Notes under the pieces: model-generated
The model's input: the letters and a program-made list of their open reading frames with translations, nothing else
Told to the model about the DNA's origin: nothing
The model's database searches: none
Shown here: positions 1 through 7,663 of the stretch, in pieces
Layout: every line of letters starts with the position of its first letter
Numbering within the stretch: the stretch's first letter is position 1
Source: Candidatus Krumholzibacteriota bacterium
GTDB taxonomy: Bacteria > Krumholzibacteriota > Krumholzibacteriia > LZORAL124-64-63
Direction: 5' to 3'
Assembly (NCBI GenBank): GCA_039714075.1
Contig: JBDLKA010000045.1
Location: 1 to 25,888 of the forward strand
Length of the DNA stretch: 25,888 nucleotides
Made by a program: the position numbers and the translations under genes

Positions 1-1
1 C

Positions 2-778
2 GGTCCCCTGGCGTTGGCCGCCCTGTCGGCAGGCAAGCACGTATTCGTGGAAAAGCCCCTTTGCCTGACCCTGGACCAGCTCAAGGATATCCACACCAGG
101 ATCCGTGAGCTGACCAATGCCGACGGCCTGCCGGTTCTTCAGGTGGGATTCAACCGCCGATTTTCCCAGGCGGCGGGACACGTCAAACGCCATTTCGGTG
201 AAAACTCCGGGCCCCTGACAATGATGTACCGGATCAGCGCCGGCCACATCCCCCGTGACCACTGGACGCAGGATCCGGTCGAGGGCGGCGGGCGCATCCT
301 GGGCGAAGTTTGCCACTTCATCGACCTGATGCAATTCGTCTGCGGCGCCGACCCGGTGGCCGTCTCGGCCATGGGCATCACCAACGACAGCAGCGAGGTC
401 CGTCCGGACGACAACCTGGTAATCTCCCTGAAATTCGCCGACGGTTCGGTCGGCAGCATCGGCTACTTTGCCGAGGGCGCCAAGAACATGCCCAAGGAAC
501 AGCTGGAAGTCCTGGGCGCGGGCCGCAGCGCCGTGCTGGACAACTTCCAGAAGGTCACCCTGTTTTCCGGCCGGGGAAAATCCACCAAACGGTGTTCCGG
601 CAAGGGACACAGCGAAGAAGTGAAGGCCTTCCTGACCGGTATCCAGCAGGGAGAGAGCCCCATACCGGTGGCGTCACAGCTGGCGACCACCCTGGCGACG
701 ATCAAGGCCGTGGAGGCCCTGGCCTCGCAACGGACCGAGCCGGTGGATCTGACCGAGCTGGACCGGACCGATGCCTGA
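2..778 (+). CDS. Gfo/Idh/MocA-family oxidoreductase, 5'-truncated (probably the C-terminal half of a bi-domain oxidoreductase of polysaccharide loci)
   Basis: Frame is open from the window edge. Motifs AGKHVFVEKP, QVGFNRRFS and GGGRILGEVCHFIDL are typical of this family. Confidence 0.88.
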   Translation, partial: GPLALAALSAGKHVFVEKPLCLTLDQLKDIHTRIRELTNADGLPVLQVGFNRRFSQAAGHVKRHFGENSGPLTMMYRISAGHIPRDHWTQDPVEGGGRILGEVCHFIDLMQFVCGADPVAVSAMGITNDSSEVRPDDNLVISLKFADGSVGSIGYFAEGAKNMPKEQLEVLGAGRSAVLDNFQKVTLFSGRGKSTKRCSGKGHSEEVKAFLTGIQQGESPIPVASQLATTLATIKAVEALASQRTEPVDLTELDRTDA

Positions 779-810
779 TCTGAGCCGTTCCCTGGACCGG
801 ACCGAGGCCT
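746..810 (+). repeat. Imperfect tandem direct repeat (31 and 34 bp units) spanning the junction of the first two genes
   Basis: gatctga-ccgag-ctggaccggaccgaTgcct (746-776) is followed by gatctga-gccgttcc-ctggaccggaccgaGgcct (777-810). The 19-bp cores (758-776, 792-810) differ at one base. Confidence 0.75.
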
Positions 811-1928
811 ACATCCGGGCCGAGGGCTATCGGGGATACGACCCGTACGACGGTCTTGAATCACCGCTGTTCCGTCTACCGGTGCTCAACCGCGCCAAGC
901 TGCCCCGCTGGGGATTTCAGCAGGTTCTCAAGAGGCTTCCCTTCCAGACACGGACCCTGCTGGGTATCGGCAAGGGCTACAACCCCGTGACGCTTGCCCT
1001 GTGTGCCCAGGCCCTGACCTGGCGCGACATGGCCGCCGGAGGGGACAACGCCCGGCGAGACGAAGTCGCCCGTCTGGTGAACGAACTCGACCGTTTGCGC
1101 ACTCCGGGCTTCAGCGGATCCTGCTGGGGATACGATTTCAACTGGCAGGCCCGGTACGCCAACTTTCCCGCCGGACATCCGACCGTCGTGGCTACCGGCT
1201 TCATCACCCACGCCCTGTTCACCGTCTGGAATCACTACGGGCTGGAAAGGGCGCGGGAACTGATCCTGGATGCGGCCCCCTTCGTCCTGAATGACCTTAA
1301 CCGCACCGAACATGGAGACATGTTCTGCTGGTCCTATTCCCCCACCGACCACCAGGAAGTCCTGAACGCGACCATGAAGGGCGCCCGCCTTCTGGCCCAG
1401 GCCGTCTCCCTGGGAGGTGATCCCGGCTGGCTGGACGAAGCCCGCGCCACCATCAGGTACGTCGTCTCCCGGCAAACCGAATCGGGAAGCTGGCCCTATG
1501 CCATCGGCGATGCCCGCTCGTGGGCGGATCACTTCCATACCTGCTACAACCTGGATTGCCTGCACGAGTTCGAGGAATTGGCCGGAGACCGGACCTTCGC
1601 CGGGGCCCTGGAAAAAGGCTTGGCCTATTACGACGCCCACTTCTTCACCGCTGAGGGCATCCCGAAATATTACGACAAGGCCACCTACCCCATCGACGCC
1701 ACCTGTTGCGGCCAGGCCCTGCTGACCCTTGCCAGGTTCGGCCGATTGGGACAGGCGACCAAAACGGCGCAATGGATCCTGGGCCACATGTCTCTGGATA
1801 ATGGGGGATTCAAATACCAGATCCATCCCCGTTATGAAAACCGGTTGCTCTACATGCGCTGGTCGGTGGCCTGGATATTTGCCGGGTTGGCACGATTGGA
1901 ATTGGCATCCGTCGGTCAGGGCAGCTGA
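771..1928 (+). CDS. Uncharacterised (alpha/alpha)6-barrel protein of polysaccharide loci (GYDPYD family), putative sugar-modifying enzyme
   Basis: 385 aa, overlapping the upstream stop. Motifs GYDPYDGL, WGYDFNWQ, PTVVATGF, QTESGSWPY (QW-like repeat), DHFHTCY, YPID and YMRWSVAW. No signal peptide seen. Confidence 0.7.
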   Translation: MPDLSRSLDRTEAYIRAEGYRGYDPYDGLESPLFRLPVLNRAKLPRWGFQQVLKRLPFQTRTLLGIGKGYNPVTLALCAQALTWRDMAAGGDNARRDEVARLVNELDRLRTPGFSGSCWGYDFNWQARYANFPAGHPTVVATGFITHALFTVWNHYGLERARELILDAAPFVLNDLNRTEHGDMFCWSYSPTDHQEVLNATMKGARLLAQAVSLGGDPGWLDEARATIRYVVSRQTESGSWPYAIGDARSWADHFHTCYNLDCLHEFEELAGDRTFAGALEKGLAYYDAHFFTAEGIPKYYDKATYPIDATCCGQALLTLARFGRLGQATKTAQWILGHMSLDNGGFKYQIHPRYENRLLYMRWSVAWIFAGLARLELASVGQGS

Positions 1929-3256
1929 CCGGCGCCATCGATATCTTTCGTAAAGCTTTCCAAATATTCCTGCATTTCCACCACTTTCGGAGTCCGCGCA
2001 CGGGACCTGTTCCGTTCGTCGAATTTGGCGGTGAGGACCAGGGAAATGAGCACGAAGGACAATGGAATGAGATACGGAATGTATCGACGCCACCTGCGGC
2101 GCATCAACAGGCCACTGGTGCCGCTGGCCCCCGCGGAAAGGATTACGCAAAACCCAAGGGACGTCAGATACAGATGGTTAAGGTTGAGCCAGGTACCCAA
2201 CGCGGTCAGACCCGTGAACGGTAGCAGAGTGATGAACGTCCAGGCGATGAAGAAACGCACCGCCTTGCTACCGAATACGAAACCAAAAAAGCTGTAGGAG
2301 ATGATGGCAAGGGTCAGGAATATCCGAATGATTGACCGGGCTTCGTACGCCCACTTCACGAAAAAGGGCACATCCTCAATCAACCGGGTGTTCTGCATGG
2401 GGAAGAACATCAGGGTCAGGTACCGGAAGATCGTTTTGAGCGACGCAAAACTGAAGCTCTTGGCGGTGGCCGACGCCGAAAACAGGGATTCCTGGTGATA
2501 TCCCCAGCGGGCCTGGGCCCAATAGTAAAGAATCCCGACACCAATGAAGACCAGGAGATCGGGCGAAAAAACGGCCCGCAGTCCCCGGCCCCGGTTAAAG
2601 AAAACCTTGTAGGCCATCAGGCTGCCGATCAAAGAGAAGGAAGCGTTCCTGGTCAGCCCGGTAAGCAGAAATAGAACCAGGCCCAGGATGAACAACGGGG
2701 AGCGCAGCCCTCCTCCCCTCCGGTGGTCGTTACGGATGAAGAAGTAGAGGACCAACAGGTGGAGCGCAGCCAGCATCAGCGATTCCAACTGGTGGACCGC
2801 CATGAATACCTTGCCGTAACTGCCCACACCGAAGGCGAACAGCACTGCCGCCAGAATCGCCATGTTCCGCCGGGGAAACAGCAGGTTGACCAGCATGTAG
2901 ACCAGGAATGAGCTGATGGTGTGGATGAACAGATTGACGGCAAAATACCCGGTGGGATCGATGCCGAAAAAATGGTACTCCACCAGAAACGCCAACTGCA
3001 AGACGGGCTGGCTGAAATAAAAGCCGACATGGTGGAACATGGCCACCGGATTCTGGACCAGGACATGAGCATCGGTCAGGATCTGGAAATCGGTGGGGTT
3101 CCACAGCGGGGTCGACAGCAGCCTGCCGAAGGAAGCAAACACCAAAGCCAGCAACAGCAGGAAAACAGGGAAATGGACCTTTAACGAGTCCAGCAAGGTA
3201 TGGGTTTCTTTTTCTGGTTTCCCGCCTTCTGACGAAAGCTGTTTGGGACCTGTCAT
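1916..3256 (-). CDS. Polytopic membrane protein, GT-C fold-like (PMT/ArnT/TMTC-like) glycosyltransferase
   Basis: 446 aa with many hydrophobic segments. TM1 is followed by a loop Asp (WNPTDFQIL), then FGIDPTGYFAVNLFIH, AAVLFAF and a late HLYLTSLG, matching the GT-C layout. Confidence 0.6.
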   Translation of the reverse strand: MTGPKQLSSEGGKPEKETHTLLDSLKVHFPVFLLLLALVFASFGRLLSTPLWNPTDFQILTDAHVLVQNPVAMFHHVGFYFSQPVLQLAFLVEYHFFGIDPTGYFAVNLFIHTISSFLVYMLVNLLFPRRNMAILAAVLFAFGVGSYGKVFMAVHQLESLMLAALHLLVLYFFIRNDHRRGGGLRSPLFILGLVLFLLTGLTRNASFSLIGSLMAYKVFFNRGRGLRAVFSPDLLVFIGVGILYYWAQARWGYHQESLFSASATAKSFSFASLKTIFRYLTLMFFPMQNTRLIEDVPFFVKWAYEARSIIRIFLTLAIISYSFFGFVFGSKAVRFFIAWTFITLLPFTGLTALGTWLNLNHLYLTSLGFCVILSAGASGTSGLLMRRRWRRYIPYLIPLSFVLISLVLTAKFDERNRSRARTPKVVEMQEYLESFTKDIDGAGQLP

Positions 3257-3384
3257 TTTCTATTCATTTCGCCCAGGAATCTTCTCATTAAAAGGGACGG
3301 ATTTTTGCCGATTATTCAGACCCGGCCTGTGCTAAGGGCAAAAAAACTCTTTGGCGGGCGAAGGACCAAGTATTATTTGCAACA

Positions 3385-3393
3385 CCCCCCCCC
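3385..3393. repeat. C9 homopolymer tract in a divergent intergenic region
   Basis: aaca-ccccccccc-atcaac is seen directly. Confidence 0.85.
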
Positions 3394-3436
3394 ATCAACT
3401 GGTTTAGCGTACCCGTAGACAAACCCTTTTGCCCAG

Positions 3437-3449
3437 CAAATTATTGATG
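3437..3449 (-). promoter_or_regulatory. IHF-like binding site
   Basis: Minus strand reads CATCAATAATTTG versus the consensus WATCAANNNNTTR (one mismatch). A weaker plus-strand copy lies at 3393-3405. Confidence 0.3.
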
Positions 3450-3485
3450 ATAAATAAAAGCCGTACCGCCCCAAATCCGAATTCA

Positions 3486-3514
3486 TTGCCTCGACAAGGA
3501 CTTCGGGTTACTTT
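3486..3514 (+). promoter_or_regulatory. Possible sigma70 promoter for the GT4-deacetylase unit
   Basis: TTGCCT-17 bp-TACTTT, about 70 bp upstream of the GTG start. Confidence 0.3.
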
Positions 3515-3583
3515 TCGACTGGCCTATCATCGAGGCCGAACGCCCATGTCCTTTAGACGATTTCCCCAAGGATCAGGTCGACC

Positions 3584-4696
3584 GTGACAAAAAAAATCCT
3601 GATGGTTTGTGACAGTCTTGGCGGCGGTGGCGCGGAGCGGCAGTTGACCCTGACAGCCACCTCCGTTGTCGATCCTTGGCAGGTGTCCGTTTTTGCTCTA
3701 GAAGGTGGACTGTTTGCAGAAGAAATGCGGGATGCGGGCATCCCCCTGACCATTTCCCCGCGGAAATTCCGGCTCGACCCTTCCCCCCTTGCCACCCTTT
3801 GGAAAGAGATGGGCCGCAGCCGCCCAGACGTGGTGCACTCCTGGGGTTGGATGGCCTCCTTCGCATCCGAAATCTGCTGCCGGCGATGGAATATCCCCCA
3901 CGTTTCCGGGGTCATTCGCCGCGGCATGTTCCCTCACCGCCGGGGTTGGGTCCTGAAACAAGCCAGTTCCCTGGGAACCGTCGTTGTCGCCAACAGCCAG
4001 GCGGGTTTGGACGCCTTCGGGGTCCAGCCAAGTCGCGGGCGGGTTCTTTACAACGGTTTTGCCCCGGAACGATTTGAGCGCGCTCGTTTTGACCGGGACC
4101 TTAAACCCACGGATCCCGCAGGCAAATTCCAGGTGGTCATGGCCGCCACCATGGACAACCGCAAGGATTTCCCCCTTTATCTGGATGCCGCCCGCCAAAT
4201 CCTCGGTGATGACAGTTCCCGAGCGAGTTTTATCGCCCTTGGCGGGGGATCCGACCTCGATGCCCTCGTGGAATCGGCGACGGATCTGATCGAAGAAGGC
4301 CAGATTTCCTTTCCCGGACGGGTGCCGGAAGTCATGGATTTTTATGAATCCGCCGATGTGGGTGTCATGCTCTCGACACCGATACACGGTGAGGGCCTGT
4401 CCAACAGCATCATGGAATACATGGCCAGCAGCCTCCCGGTGGTGTGCACGGACCAGGGTGGAAACCGGGAACTTGTCATCGATGGGGTCACCGGATTCCT
4501 GGTCCCGGTCTCCGACTCTGGAGCCCTGGTGGAGAAACTGCGCTGGCTGGAAGCCCACCGGGATGAGGCCCGGGCCATGGGCGCCGCCGGCCGCGAGAGA
4601 ATCGGGTCTGAATTTTCAATTTCTAGAATGATCAACCGGGCCACGGAGATCTACACTGAGGCCATGAACCATGACCGGAAACAGGAGTCGCGGTGA
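3584..4696 (+). CDS. Glycosyltransferase family 4 (GT-B)
   Basis: N-terminal SLGGGGAERQL, PDVVHS, VANS and the EX7E motif EGLSNSIMEYMAS; also DGVTGFLV. Confidence 0.93.
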   Translation: MTKKILMVCDSLGGGGAERQLTLTATSVVDPWQVSVFALEGGLFAEEMRDAGIPLTISPRKFRLDPSPLATLWKEMGRSRPDVVHSWGWMASFASEICCRRWNIPHVSGVIRRGMFPHRRGWVLKQASSLGTVVVANSQAGLDAFGVQPSRGRVLYNGFAPERFERARFDRDLKPTDPAGKFQVVMAATMDNRKDFPLYLDAARQILGDDSSRASFIALGGGSDLDALVESATDLIEEGQISFPGRVPEVMDFYESADVGVMLSTPIHGEGLSNSIMEYMASSLPVVCTDQGGNRELVIDGVTGFLVPVSDSGALVEKLRWLEAHRDEARAMGAAGRERIGSEFSISRMINRATEIYTEAMNHDRKQESR

Positions 4697-5508
4697 AATT
4701 CCTGATCAGAGACGATGACACCTGCGCGTTCACCTCGCCCGAGGAATTGACCAGTTGCTACGAGGGCATCTGGGACAAGATCCCCGTAGCGCTATCCGTT
4801 ACCCCATTCCGGGTGCCCGGGGATTATCATACGGGTCCGGAATCCTTCCGGTCGGTAACCGAACCCCTTCCCCTGGAATCCAACCCCGCCATCGTCGCAT
4901 TCCTCAAAGAGAAACATGCGGAACGGAAAGTCGAAATCACACTTCACGGGTACGAACACACCCTGCCCCGGGGCCTGCCCGAATATATCGGCGGAACAGA
5001 CCTGCTGGAGAAAACCCGCAAGGGCAAGGAATACCTCGAGTCACTGCTTGATTGCCGGCTGGACACGTTCGTCCCTCCCAACAACGGCATCATGCGGGAG
5101 GGCCTCGATGCCATCGTTGCCTGCGGTTTGAACCTGGTCGCCATACCATCCCTGTTGAGGTCGAGCTTCCGGCCCCTCCGGCCGGAAAACCTGCCCAAAT
5201 ATCTGCAGATCAAATTCCACCAGAAGATGAAGGGGAGAAAGTACCCCCACGTTCTCTCTTTTAAAGACCACAAGGAAATCGCCTACCACTCCATCACTCC
5301 ATCCCAGGATATCGAGTCCCTGCTCGAGGCATTCGTTAATTGCCAGAAGGCCGATGGAGTTTTCGTGGCAGCCATCCATTACCACGCGTTTGAGTCCCGT
5401 CTGAAAAGTGGGCAGACCCTACGCCAGGCTCTGGATCTTTTGATCGAGAGAGCGGAAAGCGCGCCGAACATCCAGTATCCGACTTTCCATGAATTGTGGA
5501 ATTCCTGA
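4693..5508 (+). CDS. DUF2334 / NodB-like polysaccharide deacetylase
   Basis: IRDDD, EITLHGYEH, FVPPNN and AIHYH motifs. GTGA start/stop overlap with the upstream GT. No signal peptide. Confidence 0.82.
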   Translation: MKFLIRDDDTCAFTSPEELTSCYEGIWDKIPVALSVTPFRVPGDYHTGPESFRSVTEPLPLESNPAIVAFLKEKHAERKVEITLHGYEHTLPRGLPEYIGGTDLLEKTRKGKEYLESLLDCRLDTFVPPNNGIMREGLDAIVACGLNLVAIPSLLRSSFRPLRPENLPKYLQIKFHQKMKGRKYPHVLSFKDHKEIAYHSITPSQDIESLLEAFVNCQKADGVFVAAIHYHAFESRLKSGQTLRQALDLLIERAESAPNIQYPTFHELWNS

Positions 5509-5511
5509 GGT

Positions 5512-6612
5512 CTATTCGGAGGTGCCCTTGGGGAGGCTTTCCAGGCAGTCGATCACCGAAAACATCTTGACGCTGCTGTGCCGGTATTCCTGGATCTCAC
5601 CCCGATAAGGCAAATAATCCCAAAAGTGGGCCAGCATCTTCAGGCGCATCCTGATCCGGTTGCGGCGGTGTCCGGCAGCCACCCGGGCCATGGTGGCCGC
5701 GAGGTAACGGTCTTCCGCACCCGCTTCATAGCTGTCGGCCAGATAGGCGTTGATCCTGTCGAGGTATCCCCTGTACGCCGGGGCCGGTTCAGGCTGGAAG
5801 CAATCATTCATGAAATACGGCCGGTAGGTATGGGACAGGCCGCCCTCTTCGAACGCGACGCTCAGGACCGCGGTGATCCTGTTGGCGTTGACCATCTGAT
5901 CGAAAATGAAGTTGCCGAGGCTGGGGGCGAAAATCCGGTTCCCGTCCTGCAGCACTCCCTGGATCTGGTGCGAATGGTGCCCGTGCAGGATGTCGCAGCC
6001 GGCTTCCAGAATCTCCCTGCCGAAGCGGATGACGTAAGGCGGAGGAACATTGGCGTATTCCTCGCCCCAGTGCATCGAGACGACCAGGGTGTCCACGTCG
6101 TCCTTCGATTCCGCGACCACGGTTTTGACCCTGTCGATGACCAACCTTTTGTCCTCATCCGGAAAATTGGAAATATTGTAGCCCAGGAATCCTACCTTGC
6201 GCCCTTTCACCTCCACGACCGTCGGTTCCGTCTGGAAATACCGGCCCCTACGGTAACCCATCACTGCGATGCCGCTGGATTCCAGAAGATCGACCGAACG
6301 ATCCAGGGCCTCGGCCCCGTGGTCGAGGGCGTGGTTGTTCGCGGTGGTCACAACGTTGACCCGGTTGTCGGTCAGGAAGCGCAGATACCGCTCGGGGGCA
6401 ATAAGAATTTGGGAAAACGGCTTCTTATGAGTTGACCCGTCGCTCAGAACGGCTTCGAGGTTGATGACGTTGAGGTCGCCTTCCTCCAGGACCGGACGAA
6501 CAAATTCGAAGGGGTCGACTCCCTCCCGGTCCACCGTGGCGATCAAACCCCGCCCGTAGGTTTCCAGAAGCTCCCCGAACATCACGTCGCCCATGAAATT
6601 GATGGTCACCAT
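5512..6612 (-). CDS. CapA (PGA_cap) family metallophosphoesterase-fold protein
   Basis: GDVM, NLE, ANNHALDHG, SMHWGEE, GHHSHQIQG and SLGNFIFDQ motifs. Confidence 0.9.
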   Translation of the reverse strand: MVTINFMGDVMFGELLETYGRGLIATVDREGVDPFEFVRPVLEEGDLNVINLEAVLSDGSTHKKPFSQILIAPERYLRFLTDNRVNVVTTANNHALDHGAEALDRSVDLLESSGIAVMGYRRGRYFQTEPTVVEVKGRKVGFLGYNISNFPDEDKRLVIDRVKTVVAESKDDVDTLVVSMHWGEEYANVPPPYVIRFGREILEAGCDILHGHHSHQIQGVLQDGNRIFAPSLGNFIFDQMVNANRITAVLSVAFEEGGLSHTYRPYFMNDCFQPEPAPAYRGYLDRINAYLADSYEAGAEDRYLAATMARVAAGHRRNRIRMRLKMLAHFWDYLPYRGEIQEYRHSSVKMFSVIDCLESLPKGTSE

Positions 6613-6613
6613 G

Positions 6614-7639
6614 TCAGCCTACAATTCCCAGGATCTGATCCCGCACGGCATCGCTTGTGAAGTGGGTCCGGGCGTATTCGATTCCATTCAACGACATCCG
6701 TTCCAGAGCCCCGCCCTGCTTGAGTTCCCGGATCCTGTCGACAATGCCGTCCACGTCTTCGGGAGCGATGTGCACGCCGTTGAAGCCGTCCTTGACGATC
6801 TCCCCCACCGATCCCACCGGACTGACCAGGGGAACACAGCCCAGGATGGTCGCTTCGATAAGGGTCATCGGGAACTCGTCCCTTTTGGTGGGAAAGACGA
6901 GGACCTTCGACTCGGCGATGATCTTGTACTTCCCGTCATCGTAGATCGGTCCCAGCCATTCCGCGTTGGGGATGGCCTCAAGTTCGCGGGAGAACTTTTC
7001 TTCCTGCGCTTTATCGGCAAAATTCCCGACAAAGACAAACTCTTCATCCAGGAGAATCCGCGCAACCTCCAGAATTTCGAAGATGCCCTTTTCCCAGTCC
7101 ATCCGCCCGATATAGAGGTGCTTTTTCCGTTCGCCCACGGGTTCGAATTCCGTGGGCAGGTTTTCCGTGCTGATGAAATTGGGAACCACGTGGGTCGCCT
7201 TGTTCCATCCGTGGTCCACCAGACATTGGCGGCAGGGTTCGGTCAGAAGAATCATCTGGTCGATGTACTTTTCCGAAAACAGGATTTTCCTGAACTGCAG
7301 GGACGTGCAGGCTTCCTTCAGGTTCGACTTGGCGTGGAAATGAGCCACGGTTTCCCGGAACAACAGCTTGGCGAACAGCAGAAACAGGCTCTGATGGAAG
7401 TAGCCGGTCTGGGCAAGCTGGAGGTAGACCACATGTGGTCGAAAGGAAACCATTTTGGCCAGGGCCAGCAGGTAGCAGAACAGGTAGGCCAACGGGGCGG
7501 GCCAACGCGATTTCATCTTTTCGGTGTCCACCAGGCGGTAATCGTGCCCGGCATCGTGGAAAATCCTGATGACCTCGTTGTTGATGGTGGCCACGCCGCC
7601 GCCGGTGGTCCCGCCGATAAACAGGATTTTCTTCTTCAT
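6614..7639 (-). CDS. Glycosyltransferase family 4
   Basis: GGVATIN, VAHFH, VPNF, YIGRMDWEKG and DEFPMTLIE (D-x7-E variant). Confidence 0.9.
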   Translation of the reverse strand: MKKKILFIGGTTGGGVATINNEVIRIFHDAGHDYRLVDTEKMKSRWPAPLAYLFCYLLALAKMVSFRPHVVYLQLAQTGYFHQSLFLLFAKLLFRETVAHFHAKSNLKEACTSLQFRKILFSEKYIDQMILLTEPCRQCLVDHGWNKATHVVPNFISTENLPTEFEPVGERKKHLYIGRMDWEKGIFEILEVARILLDEEFVFVGNFADKAQEEKFSRELEAIPNAEWLGPIYDDGKYKIIAESKVLVFPTKRDEFPMTLIEATILGCVPLVSPVGSVGEIVKDGFNGVHIAPEDVDGIVDRIRELKQGGALERMSLNGIEYARTHFTSDAVRDQILGIVG

Positions 7640-7663
7640 TTGCCGTCCTGTTCTTTCACGCGT

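Noticed and set aside
771..1928. Delta-aminolevulinic acid dehydratase, a label I recall being applied to similar proteins
   Set aside because: No ALAD motifs are present. The repeats point to a helical barrel and the context is glycan synthesis.
3400..3410. ops/JUMPStart-like TGGTTTAGCGT
   Set aside because: Too many mismatches to GGCGGTAG and no surrounding JUMPStart structure.
5512..6612. Poly-gamma-glutamate capsule synthesis
   Set aside because: No capB/capC in the window and the protein lacks a membrane anchor.
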